Assembly: GCA_963745035.1 (NCBI GenBank)
Contig: CAVUVW010000015.1
Coordinates: 32,001 to 96,000 of the forward strand
DNA from: an uncultured delta proteobacterium
GTDB lineage: Bacteria; Desulfobacterota; Binatia; UBA9968
DNA length: 64,000 nt
Direction of reading: 5' to 3'
The translations under genes and the position numbers were made by a program. The notes beneath the pieces were generated by a model, which was not told the DNA's origin, searched no databases, and saw only the letters and a program-made list of their open reading frames with translations. Positions within the stretch are counted from its first letter, which is position 1, and each line of letters begins with the position of its first letter. Positions 37,283 to 47,773 of this stretch are shown piece after piece.

Positions 37283-38293
37283 ATGCCAAACATGGGACTT
37301 AAACTTAGAATCGTTGCAATCCTCGTCTTTTCTTTTGTTGCTGCTGGAGATTTGTGGCTCGACTCAATCCGAAGGAAGGCTTTCGGCGCCGAACGCGTCA
37401 GGGTAGCACTCCCCGATAAGAGCTTCGGCCAACTTCCTCTCTTCATCGGGATCCGCTCCGGACTATTTAAAGACGAAGGGTTGGAGGTCCAATGGATTCT
37501 GATCAGGAGTAGCACCATTGCGCCTGCCCTGATTGCCGGAGAAATCGATGTCGCCGCCGCCGCTGGCTCGATCATGAGAGGCGCGGCGAGAGGCGCGCCT
37601 TTGAAGGCGATCTTCTTTCCTTTTTACAAATCGACGTTCGTTTTGGTGGGAGCACCGGAAATCAAGCGAGTGCAGGATTTAAAAGGCAAGGTAATCGGCA
37701 CAACCGGGCCGAGAAATAGTACTCAAATTGCCGCTAGCATGGTGCTGCAACAGAACGGCCTGAACCCGGATAAGGATGTTACATTTTTTACCGTTGGGGG
37801 AGGCGAAACCATCCTCGCTGCTCTGGAGACAAAAATCATTCACGCCATGGCGGTCAACCCCGATATGGCCTTTTTGATGAAGAAGAAAGGGTTTCACGAG
37901 CTCGGCTATTTAGCCGATCTAGCGCCGTGGCCTTGGGGCGGATACGCAACGAGCGACTCCAAGCTGCTGCAGGGACGGGACAAGCTAAAACGCTGGATGC
38001 GGGCGATGGTCAAGAGCGTTCTTCTGATGGCCAACAATAAAGAAGAGACCATTCGCATTGCCATGGCGGAGTTTGGTTATCCCAGAGACGTAACCGAAGC
38101 CGCCGCAAATGTTTCAATGAGGGCCATCAATTCACGAGCGCCGGGCGGAGCGGAGGAGGCAATTCTCCGGCAAAATATTGACCTCACGATCACCGCACCA
38201 ATGGAACTCAAGGACTCTCCTCCGGTGGCAAAATTGGTGGATTTTTCTCTTCTCCGGGAAGTCTGGAAGGATCTCGGAATCGCCGCGAAGTGA
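37283..38293 (+). CDS. ABC transporter substrate-binding protein (NMT1/SsuA-like), orphan
   Basis: Signal peptide, GLFKDEGLEV, ALIAGEID, DLKGK.IG. Confidence 0.87.
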   Translation: MPNMGLKLRIVAILVFSFVAAGDLWLDSIRRKAFGAERVRVALPDKSFGQLPLFIGIRSGLFKDEGLEVQWILIRSSTIAPALIAGEIDVAAAAGSIMRGAARGAPLKAIFFPFYKSTFVLVGAPEIKRVQDLKGKVIGTTGPRNSTQIAASMVLQQNGLNPDKDVTFFTVGGGETILAALETKIIHAMAVNPDMAFLMKKKGFHELGYLADLAPWPWGGYATSDSKLLQGRDKLKRWMRAMVKSVLLMANNKEETIRIAMAEFGYPRDVTEAAANVSMRAINSRAPGGAEEAILRQNIDLTITAPMELKDSPPVAKLVDFSLLREVWKDLGIAAK

Positions 38294-38411
38294 TTAAACA
38301 CGAAGAAAGACGGGTGATCCTTCGAACCACTACGAGGACTAAGGCAAACTCAAGATCAAGATGGTTTGTTAGGAATGAACGCGTCGAGGTTAGAAAATCT
38401 CACTGTCTTCG

Positions 38412-40808
38412 ATGGCTGATCTGGCAAAACCCTCCCATAGCGTACGCGGCTACTGCGCGCTATGCACCGCGCATTGCGCGACTATAGCCACCGTCGAGAA
38501 CGGCCGAGTTACGCGGCTCGATCCCGATCACGATCATCCCAACGGCGGCGTCATGTGCATCAAGGGCAAAGCCGCGCCGGAGCTGGTTTACAACGCCGAT
38601 CGACTCGATTATCCGCTCAGACGCACTCGGCCCAAGGGCGATCCGGATCCGGGCTGGCAGCGGGTCTCGTGGGAGGAAGCGCTCGACGACATTGCGCGCC
38701 GCCTTCTCGATACTCGCGACCGGCACGGCGCCCAGGCCATCGCGCTCGCCAAAGGCACCAAGAGCGGAACATCGGTGGACGACGTCGAGCGCTGGCTCGG
38801 CCGCCTACTGCATTTGATCGGGAGCCCGAATTGGGTTTCGACGACCCACGTCTGCAACTGGCACAAGGACACCGGCTTCAGCTACACCTTCGGCTCGAAT
38901 CTGCCGACGCCGGATCTCGAGCACAGCAACACTTTCCTCCTCTGGGGCCACAACCCGAGCGCGACCTCGCTCATCCTGGCCCACGATATCGTGCAAGCGC
39001 GCTCGCGCGGCATGAAAACCGTGGTCGTCGACCCGCGCCGCATCGGCATCGGCGCTCAAGCCGACCTGCTGCTGCAGCCGCGCCCAGGCACCGACGGCGC
39101 TTTGGCTCTCGCGTTGATCCACTGCCTAATGGAAGAGAGTTGGTACGACGCCGCTTTCGCGCGTCAATGGACCAACGGAACGTTTCTGCTTAATCCGGGG
39201 ACGGATCGTCTCGTCACCGAAGCCGATCTTTCTTCCGATGGCGTCACTCAGCGCTACGTTGTGTGGAACGAAACGAGCAGCCAACCCGCGATCTACGATC
39301 CGGCGACCGGCACTTACGATGGTGATCGCGTCTTGCCCGCGCTATTTGGCACACGCTCGCTCAAAGGAAAAGACGGCGCGGAAATCCTGTGTAAGCCGGT
39401 CTTCGAGCGGCTCGGCGAAATCGCCGCGGAGTTCGCGCCCGAGCGCTCGGAAAAGATTCACTGGGTGCCGGCGCAGAAAGTCTGGCAAACCGCGCTCCTC
39501 CTGGCGCACAACCGGCCCGTGAGCATGTACATGTGGAACGGCGTCGGCCAGCATACCAACGCGACGCAGACGAGCCGCGCTATTGCCACGCTCTACGCGC
39601 TCATTGGCGACTTCGATCGCCGCGGCGGCAACGTGTCCTTTCCGAAAGTGCCGGTGAACGATGTCGGCGGCAAAGAATTCCTGCCGAAAGAAGCCGGCGC
39701 CATGCGCGTCGGCCGGGAACGCAAGCCCCTCGGCCCGCCGGCCAAACCGGGTAACTGCGCGGCCTATGATGTTTTCAACGCCATCCTCGACGAGAAGCCT
39801 TATCCAATCAAAGCGCTGCTGAACTTCGGCTCGAACACGATCATGTCCAACGCCGATTCACGGCGCGGACGCGCGGCGATGGAGGCGCTCGAGTTCGGCG
39901 TCGCAGCCGATCTCTTCATGACGCCGACGGCGGAGTTGTGCGACTACGTGCTCCCGGCCACGAGTTTTCTCGAGATGGCGAACGTCACCTACGCGTTCGA
40001 GCATCGTCCGAACGGCAAAACCCATTTGCAGTACCGCGCCGCCGTCGTCGACCCGCTGGCCGAGCGCCGCCCGGACACCTGGATCATTTTCGAGCTGGCA
40101 AAGCGCATGGGATTCGCAGAGCAATTCTGGCACGGCGACATCGAGGCGGGCTACGCGTACGAGCTTCAACCGAGCGGCGTTAGCCTTGAGCAGTTGAAGA
40201 GCGCTCCCGGCGGAATTTCGCTACCGGCGCCACCGGTTTTCGAAAAGCATGCCAAGCCGGCCAAAGACGGCCGGGCGCGCGGCTTTGCCACGCCGTCAAA
40301 GAAGGTTGAGCTTTACTGCCTCCCTTTTGCCGCCAACGGCATCGCCGCTTTGCCGGAGTACGTCGAGCCGGCGCTGAGTCCGGTGAGCCGCCCCGACATC
40401 GCGGTGGATTTTCCTCTCGTGCTGACCAACGCCAAGTTCACCACCTACGTGCACAGCCAGCAGCGCGCGCTGCCGAGCCTGCGCAAGTCCTCACCCGAGC
40501 CGAGCGCGGATATTCATCCTGAAACCGCGCGTCACTTTGGCGTTAAGAACAAAGAATGGATGATCGTCGAAACACCGCGCGGCGCGATCAAGGTAAAAGC
40601 GCGCGTGACGCAGAACATCGTGCCGGGCATCGTCTGCTGCCAGCACGGCTGGTGGCAGGACTGTAAAGAATTGGAACTGCCTGGCTACGATCCCTACGAC
40701 ACAAGCGGCGCCAACCCGGCAACCCTGATCGGCGCCGATCTGGCCGATCCGGTGAGCGGATCCCTGCCGCACCGCTCTTTTCTTTGCCGCATCAAAACCG
40801 CGCAATAA
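38412..40808 (+). CDS. Molybdopterin-dependent oxidoreductase (DMSO reductase superfamily, Cys-ligand, acetylene-hydratase-like clade)
   Basis: CALCTAHC..CIKG [4Fe-4S] motif, RVSWEEALD, PRPGTDGALA, CDYVLPA, C-terminal molydop-binding domain; no Tat signal. Confidence 0.9.
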   Translation: MADLAKPSHSVRGYCALCTAHCATIATVENGRVTRLDPDHDHPNGGVMCIKGKAAPELVYNADRLDYPLRRTRPKGDPDPGWQRVSWEEALDDIARRLLDTRDRHGAQAIALAKGTKSGTSVDDVERWLGRLLHLIGSPNWVSTTHVCNWHKDTGFSYTFGSNLPTPDLEHSNTFLLWGHNPSATSLILAHDIVQARSRGMKTVVVDPRRIGIGAQADLLLQPRPGTDGALALALIHCLMEESWYDAAFARQWTNGTFLLNPGTDRLVTEADLSSDGVTQRYVVWNETSSQPAIYDPATGTYDGDRVLPALFGTRSLKGKDGAEILCKPVFERLGEIAAEFAPERSEKIHWVPAQKVWQTALLLAHNRPVSMYMWNGVGQHTNATQTSRAIATLYALIGDFDRRGGNVSFPKVPVNDVGGKEFLPKEAGAMRVGRERKPLGPPAKPGNCAAYDVFNAILDEKPYPIKALLNFGSNTIMSNADSRRGRAAMEALEFGVAADLFMTPTAELCDYVLPATSFLEMANVTYAFEHRPNGKTHLQYRAAVVDPLAERRPDTWIIFELAKRMGFAEQFWHGDIEAGYAYELQPSGVSLEQLKSAPGGISLPAPPVFEKHAKPAKDGRARGFATPSKKVELYCLPFAANGIAALPEYVEPALSPVSRPDIAVDFPLVLTNAKFTTYVHSQQRALPSLRKSSPEPSADIHPETARHFGVKNKEWMIVETPRGAIKVKARVTQNIVPGIVCCQHGWWQDCKELELPGYDPYDTSGANPATLIGADLADPVSGSLPHRSFLCRIKTAQ

Positions 40809-40901
40809 CCCTTGTCGGAACGACGCGTCGCACTTTTTCGCGTTTAATGACGATTACGCTTTTTAGCGAGACAGCTTGCTGGGTGGGCAAATTGCGGTGC
40901 T

Positions 40902-41521
40902 TTACAACTTGAGGGCTGCGAAGTCGGCGACAAACATGGCCACCACCGACTGCAACGCCTCGTTCCAGCCTCGCACCAGCGCCTCGGGTGAGCGTTCTGT
41001 TAGCGGCACCGATTTCATGTAGCGTTTTTGTAGCACGATGCCGGCATTGGCGGGATTCTCGTTATGTAGAAAAAACTCGATCTCCAGGACGGCGGCGGGA
41101 GCGCTCGGGTTTTCTGAAGTCGCCGTAAAGCGAGTTGATCGAGCCTTCCAGAGTGTAATTCGGCCGTGAGCGAACTCGCCGGACCGACGACAAACTTGAA
41201 CTTGTTCGACGCGGCCAATGCCTTGCGCGTTTCCTCGCTGATCATTACCGCGGGCGAGGATAGAAACTGGTTGTAAAAATCCGCTTCGTACTCCGTTTCC
41301 GACATGCGATAAACAAATCCCAGATCCGCATAGCGCGGCGAAATGTGCAGGTTGTACATCGACAAAATCTCGCCGCCGCCGGGGTTGCCGTCCTTGGCGC
41401 TGTTGAGCTCGATGACGAAGTAGCGCTTGTTCGGGTAGCTCCGCTCGAAGCTGACGCAAGCAAAACAGAAGAGCGAAACCAATAGAACCCCGTAGCGCGT
41501 AAGTCGTGTTGCTCGATTCAT
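40902..41521 (-). CDS. ABC-type transport auxiliary lipoprotein (PqiC-like), frameshifted
   Basis: Lipobox CFAC, last gene of the mla-type operon. Confidence 0.75.
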
Positions 41522-42618
41522 CGCTGCATGACCTTTGAAGGCGGCGGCGGCGCGCCGAATAGGGTTTGCGACGGATACCTCTTGGCGCCTTCGGTGATCT
41601 CTCTGATATTTTCCGAGACCACGCGCAGATTTTCCATGGTTCTGTCCAGCTCGCGCTGCTGGGTGGCCAGCAAGCGATTGAGCCGCTGCAAGGTTTGGCG
41701 CGCCTGCGCGCTGGTCTCCGGCAAATCGTTCGTCACCGTATCGAGCCGGGTCATCATGCGATTTAAACTCGCCGAAGTCTGCGGCAAGTCCGCGAGCACT
41801 TGCTCGAGGGGCTTTTCGGCGCGCTCGATGAGCTGGCGCGCTTTTCCCGCCGCGGCGGCGGCATCGGTGAGGCCTGCCTTTAACTCCGGACTGCTGACCA
41901 GCGCGTTCAATTGCCGGTTGGTGGCGCGCAATTCAGCCAAGAGGGCGCCGGTCTGATCGCCGATTTTTTCCAGGTTGGCGCTGTCGGCGAGTTTGGTCAT
42001 CGCCGCCAGCGACTTTTCGACGCTCTCGCTCAGCCGGGAAATGTCGATATCGCCGATGTTTTGTACGATGCGCTCGACGGCCTCGCTCACTTGGGTGATC
42101 CGGCTGCGCGTCGAAGGAATGTAAGGGTGGGCAGGCTGCCAGTCGATCTCCAGCGGCGGGTTGCGCTCGGGATCGAGATAGTCGGTTTCCAGATAGGCGA
42201 CGCCGGTCAAGCCCTGCGGCGCCAGGCGCACGCGAAAGCCGCGGTCGAGCTCGCGCTTGAGCGCCGCGCTTTTCGGATCGTTGACCGGAAACTGAAACAT
42301 GTTCGACGAGATCGACATGCGCACGAGCACGTACTGGCGCGCGGTGTTGTACTCGGCGCTGGTGAGCGAGATGCGCTCCACGCTGCCGACGGGCACGCCG
42401 CGGAACTTCACCGGCGAGCCGACATCGAGCCCTTGCACCGACTCGTCGATGTAGGTCTCGACCAAGGCCTTTTTCTGCAGCACCGTGCCGACGCCGAGGA
42501 CGATCACGCCGATCACCCCGACCACGATCGCCGTGATGACGAACAGGCCGATCTTAAAGTAACTGAGTTTTTCCACTGCGGGCGCGTTGTCGCATGGTTG
42601 GCGGGCGTTTCCCGGCAC
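41518..42618 (-). CDS. mlaD: MlaD/MCE family protein
   Basis: KIGLFV, SVQGLDVGSPVKFRGV.VG, QGLTG, long helical C-terminus; start may be GTG at 42576. Confidence 0.9.
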   Translation of the reverse strand: MPGNARQPCDNAPAVEKLSYFKIGLFVITAIVVGVIGVIVLGVGTVLQKKALVETYIDESVQGLDVGSPVKFRGVPVGSVERISLTSAEYNTARQYVLVRMSISSNMFQFPVNDPKSAALKRELDRGFRVRLAPQGLTGVAYLETDYLDPERNPPLEIDWQPAHPYIPSTRSRITQVSEAVERIVQNIGDIDISRLSESVEKSLAAMTKLADSANLEKIGDQTGALLAELRATNRQLNALVSSPELKAGLTDAAAAAGKARQLIERAEKPLEQVLADLPQTSASLNRMMTRLDTVTNDLPETSAQARQTLQRLNRLLATQQRELDRTMENLRVVSENIREITEGAKRYPSQTLFGAPPPPSKVMQR

Positions 42619-42620
42619 GG

Positions 42621-43396
42621 CTACGTTTCCGGCTCGGGCTGGCGCGTGAAAAACCGCCGCACGCGCGGGTCCGGGCTGTGATCGCGCAGCTCTTCCGGAG
42701 CGCCGATGGCGATGATCCCCTTCTCTTGTTTATCCAACATTATCACCCGGTCCGCAATCGTGAAGATGCTCGGCAGCTCGTGGGTCACGACAATGAAGGT
42801 GATGTGCAGGCTGCGCGCCAGGCTGAGCACCAGTTGGTCGAGCTCGGCCGAAGTGACCGGATCGAGTCCGGCCGAAAGCTCGTCGAGGAACAACAGCCGC
42901 GGATCGAGCGCCATGGCGCGCGCGATCGCGCCGCGCTTCTGCATGCCGCCGCTGAGCTCGGCGGGCATGCTGATCGGCGGCACCGCTCAAGCCCACGCGC
43001 TGCAGTTTCATCAGGGTGATCAAGCGAATCGCTTCGGGCGGCAGATCGGTGAATTCTTCCAGCGCCAGCGCGATGTTTTCCAGCAAGGTCATCGAGCCGA
43101 AGAGCGCGCCGCTCTGATACATCACGCCGAACTTGCGCAGGATCGCCAGCTTCTCCCCGCCGGTCGCCGCGGCGATATCCTGCCCATCGATGAGGATCCG
43201 GCCCGCCGCCGGCTGGTAGAGCCCGATCATGTGTTTGAGCAAGGTGCTCTTGCCGCAGCCCGAGCCGCCGAGGATGGCGAAAACTTCGCCGGGATAGACT
43301 TCGAAGTTGACCCGATCGAGCACCACGTGTCCGTCGTACGCGGCGCGTGAAATTCTCCACTCGGATGATCGGTTCTGGTTGCGCCGCGTTGGCCAT
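42621..43396 (-). CDS. mlaF: MlaF/Mkl-type ABC ATPase, frameshifted
   Basis: GGSGCGKS, YQSGALF, ELSGGMQKR, FLDE.SAGLDP. Confidence 0.9.
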
Positions 43397-44538
43397 CAAA
43401 CCCACAAATAATAGTAAACCACGGAGAAAATTCCGTCGGTGATCGCGATCAAGATGATGCCGCTCACCACCGCGCTGGTGGTCGATTCGCCGACCGCGGT
43501 CGCGCCGGTGCGCGCCTGCAGGCCGCGCAGGCAGCCGATGCCGGCGACGAGAATGCCGAAGACAAAGGCTTTGACCAGACCGCCGACCAGAGAGCCGTAG
43601 CTCACCGCATACTGCACCTGGTGAAAGTACGTGACCAGCGGAAATCCGAGCGAGAGCATCACCACTGCGCCGCCGATCAAGCCGAGCAGATCGGCGAAGA
43701 CGGTGAGCAGCGGGGTCATGCACACAGCGGCGAAGACGCGCGGCACGATGAGAAAGCGCACGGGATCGAGCCCCATGGTGCGCAGCGCGTCGATCTCCTC
43801 GCGCACTTTCATGGTGCCGAGCTCGGCGGCGAAGGCCGAGCCCGAGCGCCCGGCCAGAATGATCGCGGTCATCAAAGGCCCCAATTCGCGCAGAATCGAA
43901 AGACCGATCAGATTGGCGATGAAAATCTCGGCGCCAAATTGCCGCAGCGGGGTCGCGGCTTGAAAGGCCATGATCAGACCCAACAGAAAACTGATCAGCG
44001 CGACGATCGGCAGCGCGTTAACCCCCACCGTCTCGGCAATCGCCAAGGCATCGCGCCAGCGCACGCTGCGCGGATGGATCGCGGCATGCGCGAGCGCCAC
44101 GCTCATCTCGCCGACAAAGCTCACGAGAACCTGCACGTCGCGCCAAACCTCGACGGTGGCTTCGCCGAGCTCCACGGTCAGGTTCTTGCGCCGCGAGCGG
44201 TCACCCGCGGCCGCAATGGCCGGCTCCGGCGCCCAGTCGTCGAGCAAGCTCGCAAACTCGGGACGCAGCCCGGCGATTTCCAGATGGCCGCCCGCCTTGC
44301 TTTGCACTTGCCGGAGATGGACCAGCAGCGCAATCCCGGCGCCGTCGCAGTAATCGACTGCCGAAGCGTCGACGACGGCGCTTTTCGCCTTCGCCTGAAT
44401 GAGCGCCGAAGACGCCGGGCGCCAAACCGTGCCGGTGGTGGCCGAGTCGAGGCGGCCCGCAAAGATCAGCTTAAAGAGACCGTCGCGCGGCCCGTCAAAG
44501 CGCAGATCAACGGAAGAAGTTCTCGCGGCCATGGGCAA
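43396..44538 (-). CDS. mlaE: MlaE permease with N-terminal STAS domain
   Basis: DYCDGAG (STAS), RELGPLMTAIILAGRSGSAFAAELGTM. Confidence 0.93.
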   Translation of the reverse strand: MPMAARTSSVDLRFDGPRDGLFKLIFAGRLDSATTGTVWRPASSALIQAKAKSAVVDASAVDYCDGAGIALLVHLRQVQSKAGGHLEIAGLRPEFASLLDDWAPEPAIAAAGDRSRRKNLTVELGEATVEVWRDVQVLVSFVGEMSVALAHAAIHPRSVRWRDALAIAETVGVNALPIVALISFLLGLIMAFQAATPLRQFGAEIFIANLIGLSILRELGPLMTAIILAGRSGSAFAAELGTMKVREEIDALRTMGLDPVRFLIVPRVFAAVCMTPLLTVFADLLGLIGGAVVMLSLGFPLVTYFHQVQYAVSYGSLVGGLVKAFVFGILVAGIGCLRGLQARTGATAVGESTTSAVVSGIILIAITDGIFSVVYYYLWV

Positions 44539-44588
44539 TGGGCGGAGTCAAGCTTATCGGCCTATTATGCTGGCTCTCATCGCGCGGG

Positions 44589-45878
44589 TCAACCAAGTTC
44601 GGCCGGCGGAGCTTTGCGCGGCGCGCGCACGGTCAGGCTAAGCAAAGCGGAGAGCGCCAGGGCGAGAATAAAGGAAATAAACGACGACGTGTAGCTGCCG
44701 GTGGCATCGTAAACGAATCCGAAGAACGGCGCGCCGGCGGCGCCGAAGGCGTGGGTGACCAGAATTCCCGCGCCGCGCACGGCGCCGAGCGACAGCCTGC
44801 CGAAATAATTTGCCCAGACGAGCTCCTGCAGTACCCAGCCGCCGCCGAGTCCGACGCCGTAAAGCAAAAAGCCGGCGTATAGGAGCCACGCCTCGCTCGC
44901 GGCAAGCGCGAGTCCGAGGCCGACGGCCTGAATCAGAAACATCAGCAAGCTCGAATGGCGAATCTCCATGCGCTCGCCAAGAAAGCCCCAGACCAAGGTC
45001 GAGCCGAGCTGAGTGGCGGCGATGATGCTCAGCACCGTGGCGCCCATCGTCGCCGAGAAGCCGATATCGGTCACGTAGGCGAACACGTGCAGATTGAGAC
45101 CGGCGATGCCGACGTTGACCATGCCGTAGATAAAGCACACGACCCAGAACGTATCGGTGCGGATCACCTCGCGCCAGTGCCAAAGGACTTCGTCCGATGC
45201 GATCGGAGCGGCGGCGCCGGCCCGCCGGCGCGTGCCCGGTTCGCCGCCATGCCCGTCAGGCTCGTCGCCGTCGGGTTTGAGGCCGATATCTTCGGGGCTT
45301 CGGCGCATGAAGATCAGCGCCGGAATGACGATCAGGATCAACGTGATCATGCCGAAAACCGACCAGGTCCAGCGCCAACCGAGCCAGACAAAAAGCATCG
45401 CCGTCAGCGGCGGAATGCACACCTTCGACAAGCCTTGGCCCAAGCTTGCGATCGCGATGGCGCGACCGCGCCGGCGCACAAACCAGCGCGAGATCGTGAC
45501 GCTCACGACCATGTGGCACATAAAGACGCCGCCGATGGTGATAAACGTCCAGCGCAGGAAGAGAAACTGCCAGTACGAGCTCACTTGGCTGAGCAGCATG
45601 AAGCCGGCGCCGGCGACCAGCGCCCCGCCCGCCATGAGCCACCGGCCGCCGTGGCGATCGACCAACGGTCCGACCAGCGGCGCCAGCGCCGCGCCGATGA
45701 GGATCTCGCCCGAGCGCAGCAGCGAAAACAAGCCGCGCGAAACGGCCAAGTCCTCGGTCAACGGTTTGAGGAACACGCTGAGCGTGCTCGACATGTGAAA
45801 CGCGCACGCCAGGTGCGAAAGAAATCCCACGCCGACGATGTACCAACCGTAGAAAAATTTGGGCTTGGGCGATGGCAT
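44589..45878 (-). CDS. MFS transporter
   Basis: FFYGWYIV, GPLVDRHGGR, WFVRRRGRA. Confidence 0.92.
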   Translation of the reverse strand: MPSPKPKFFYGWYIVGVGFLSHLACAFHMSSTLSVFLKPLTEDLAVSRGLFSLLRSGEILIGAALAPLVGPLVDRHGGRWLMAGGALVAGAGFMLLSQVSSYWQFLFLRWTFITIGGVFMCHMVVSVTISRWFVRRRGRAIAIASLGQGLSKVCIPPLTAMLFVWLGWRWTWSVFGMITLILIVIPALIFMRRSPEDIGLKPDGDEPDGHGGEPGTRRRAGAAAPIASDEVLWHWREVIRTDTFWVVCFIYGMVNVGIAGLNLHVFAYVTDIGFSATMGATVLSIIAATQLGSTLVWGFLGERMEIRHSSLLMFLIQAVGLGLALAASEAWLLYAGFLLYGVGLGGGWVLQELVWANYFGRLSLGAVRGAGILVTHAFGAAGAPFFGFVYDATGSYTSSFISFILALALSALLSLTVRAPRKAPPAELG

Positions 45879-46024
45879 GAAAGGCGAAAATCGCGCGCCG
45901 GCTCAGGAGAATTTTTAAAGTAGCAAGGCCGCTGCGGAAAAGCGAGACGAATTATGGGCGGTTGCGCGCCGCGACGGCGGCGTTATAGAAAAATATGAGC
46001 ATCCCTGAAGGGAGGATCTGTCTC

Positions 46025-46375
46025 ATGGCGGCAAAAGGCTTGAACCATATCGCGCTCAAAACCCGCGATCTGGAGAAGACCGAAGAGTTTTACACTGCGA
46101 TACTCGGGATGAAGGTCGCGTTTCGCCATCCGCCCGCCATGCTCTTTCTCACCACGCCGGGGAGCGGCGACCTGATTAATTTTGTAAAGAGCACAGCGCG
46201 CCCGAAAGGAACGCAGTCCCTGGAGCATCTCGGATTCAAGGTCACGCCCGCGGGCCTCAAGAAAACCGCCAAGGCGCTTCGCGCGCGAGGCGTCAGGATC
46301 GACGGCCGGCGCGGCAAAGCGGCGATCTATTTCCGCGATCCCAACGGCTACCAACTGGAATACTACTGCGATTAA
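46025..46375 (+). CDS. VOC/glyoxalase family protein
   Basis: LNHIAL..RDL...FY, HLGF, YFRDPNGYQLE. Confidence 0.9.
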   Translation: MAAKGLNHIALKTRDLEKTEEFYTAILGMKVAFRHPPAMLFLTTPGSGDLINFVKSTARPKGTQSLEHLGFKVTPAGLKKTAKALRARGVRIDGRRGKAAIYFRDPNGYQLEYYCD

Positions 46376-46394
46376 GACGCGCGAGCGGCGCGGG

Positions 46395-47447
46395 TCAGAA
46401 TAAACTGAGCTGGTCTCTCGCGGGCCTGCGAAAATGCTCGGTGGTGAGCTTCGGCCAGCGCTCGGTGATACCGGATTTCTTGCGCGCCAGTTGAAAGAGC
46501 TCGGCCATCTGCTCGGCGTAGATCCCTTGGCCGCGCATGCGCGATTGGAAATTGGGATCGTTGAGCTTACCGCCGCGAATTTCCCGCACCCGGTTGAGAA
46601 TCTTATTTTTCTTCTCCGGATAGTTCTGCTCGAGCCATTGCTCGAACAACGACTTCACGGCAAACGGCAGGCGCAGCGCGACGTAGCCGGAGAAGCTCGC
46701 GCCGGCCTTAGCCGCAGCGGCGGCGATCGCCGGGGCTTCGGCGTCGGTGAGTCCGGGAATCATCGGCGCTTGCAGGTAGCCGACCGGCACCCCGGCTTCG
46801 GCGAGAATTCTTATCGCCGCCAGCCGGCGGGCCGGCCGCGAGGCGCGCGGTTCGAGCAGCGAGGATAATTTGTGATCGAGCGTGGTCACCGAAATCGTCA
46901 CGCCGACGCAATCATGGCGCGCCAGCTCGGCGAGAACGTCGGCGTCGCGCGTCACCAGAAAATTTTTGGTGATAATGACGACTGGGTTGCGGAACTCGAG
47001 AAACACTTCCAGGCAGCGCCGCGTAAGCTGTTTTTTCTTTTCGATCGGCTGGTAGCAGTCGGTGTTGCCGCTGAGCGCGACGAGCTGCGGCTTCCAGGCG
47101 CGGCTGGACAGCTCCTTGCGCAGCAGCTCGGGCGCGTCCTCTTTCACCATGATCTTGGTTTCGAAGTCGAGACCCGAAGAAAAGCCGAGATATTCGTGGC
47201 TTGGTCTGGCGTAGCAGTAGACGCAGCCGTGCTCGCAGCCGCGATAGGGATTGATGCTGGCATCGAATCCGACGTCGGGGCTGTCGTTGTAGGCGATGAG
47301 TGATTTCGAACGGTCCGGAAAAAACTCCGTGTGCGGCGAGGAAACGTCGTCGTTATCCTGTGGCTCCAGGACCGTTTCGATGGACTCGAAGCGGTTCTTC
47401 GGATTGCCGGCCGCCCCGCGGCCGCGCACCGGAAACGGCTGCGCCAT
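46395..47447 (-). CDS. PA0069/Rv2578c-family radical SAM protein (spore photoproduct lyase-like)
   Basis: SINPYRGCEHGCVYCYARPSH, NTDCYQP, LEPRA. Confidence 0.92.
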   Translation of the reverse strand: MAQPFPVRGRGAAGNPKNRFESIETVLEPQDNDDVSSPHTEFFPDRSKSLIAYNDSPDVGFDASINPYRGCEHGCVYCYARPSHEYLGFSSGLDFETKIMVKEDAPELLRKELSSRAWKPQLVALSGNTDCYQPIEKKKQLTRRCLEVFLEFRNPVVIITKNFLVTRDADVLAELARHDCVGVTISVTTLDHKLSSLLEPRASRPARRLAAIRILAEAGVPVGYLQAPMIPGLTDAEAPAIAAAAAKAGASFSGYVALRLPFAVKSLFEQWLEQNYPEKKNKILNRVREIRGGKLNDPNFQSRMRGQGIYAEQMAELFQLARKKSGITERWPKLTTEHFRRPARDQLSLF

Positions 47448-47460
47448 AAAGCCTCGGCCC

Positions 47461-47715
47461 TTACGCCGCCGGCGCCGCCGCTTTGGCCGCCGCGGCTTTT
47501 TCCGCCGCCGCCTTGGCCTCGGCGGCAGCGGCTTCGGCGGCGGCCGTCGCCTTTTTCTGTTTTGCCAAGATTCGCGATTCGCGCTTCAGCAGTTTCACCT
47601 GGCGCTGCAGTTTCTTGATCTTCTTTGCGTCCTTCGATGAAGCGCGGACCTCGGCTTTTTCTTTTTTGAGCTTGCGGATATTCTGTTTGACGGTCGTGAG
47701 TACGCTCGCGTCCAT
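47461..47715 (-). CDS. Small highly basic Lys/Ala-rich protein (84 aa)
   Basis: GGGAGG RBS; MDASVLTTVKQNIRKLKKEK...AEAKAAAEKAAAAKAAAPAA. Confidence 0.75.
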   Translation of the reverse strand: MDASVLTTVKQNIRKLKKEKAEVRASSKDAKKIKKLQRQVKLLKRESRILAKQKKATAAAEAAAAEAKAAAEKAAAAKAAAPAA

Positions 47716-47773
47716 GGAATTTTCCTCCCTTTGCAGTTGGCTTTTTGCTAGCATAAATCCCGGAAAAACCAAA

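Noticed and set aside
38412-40808. Calling the molybdoenzyme acetylene hydratase
   Set aside because: The catalytic Asp in the N-terminal Cys motif is replaced by Thr
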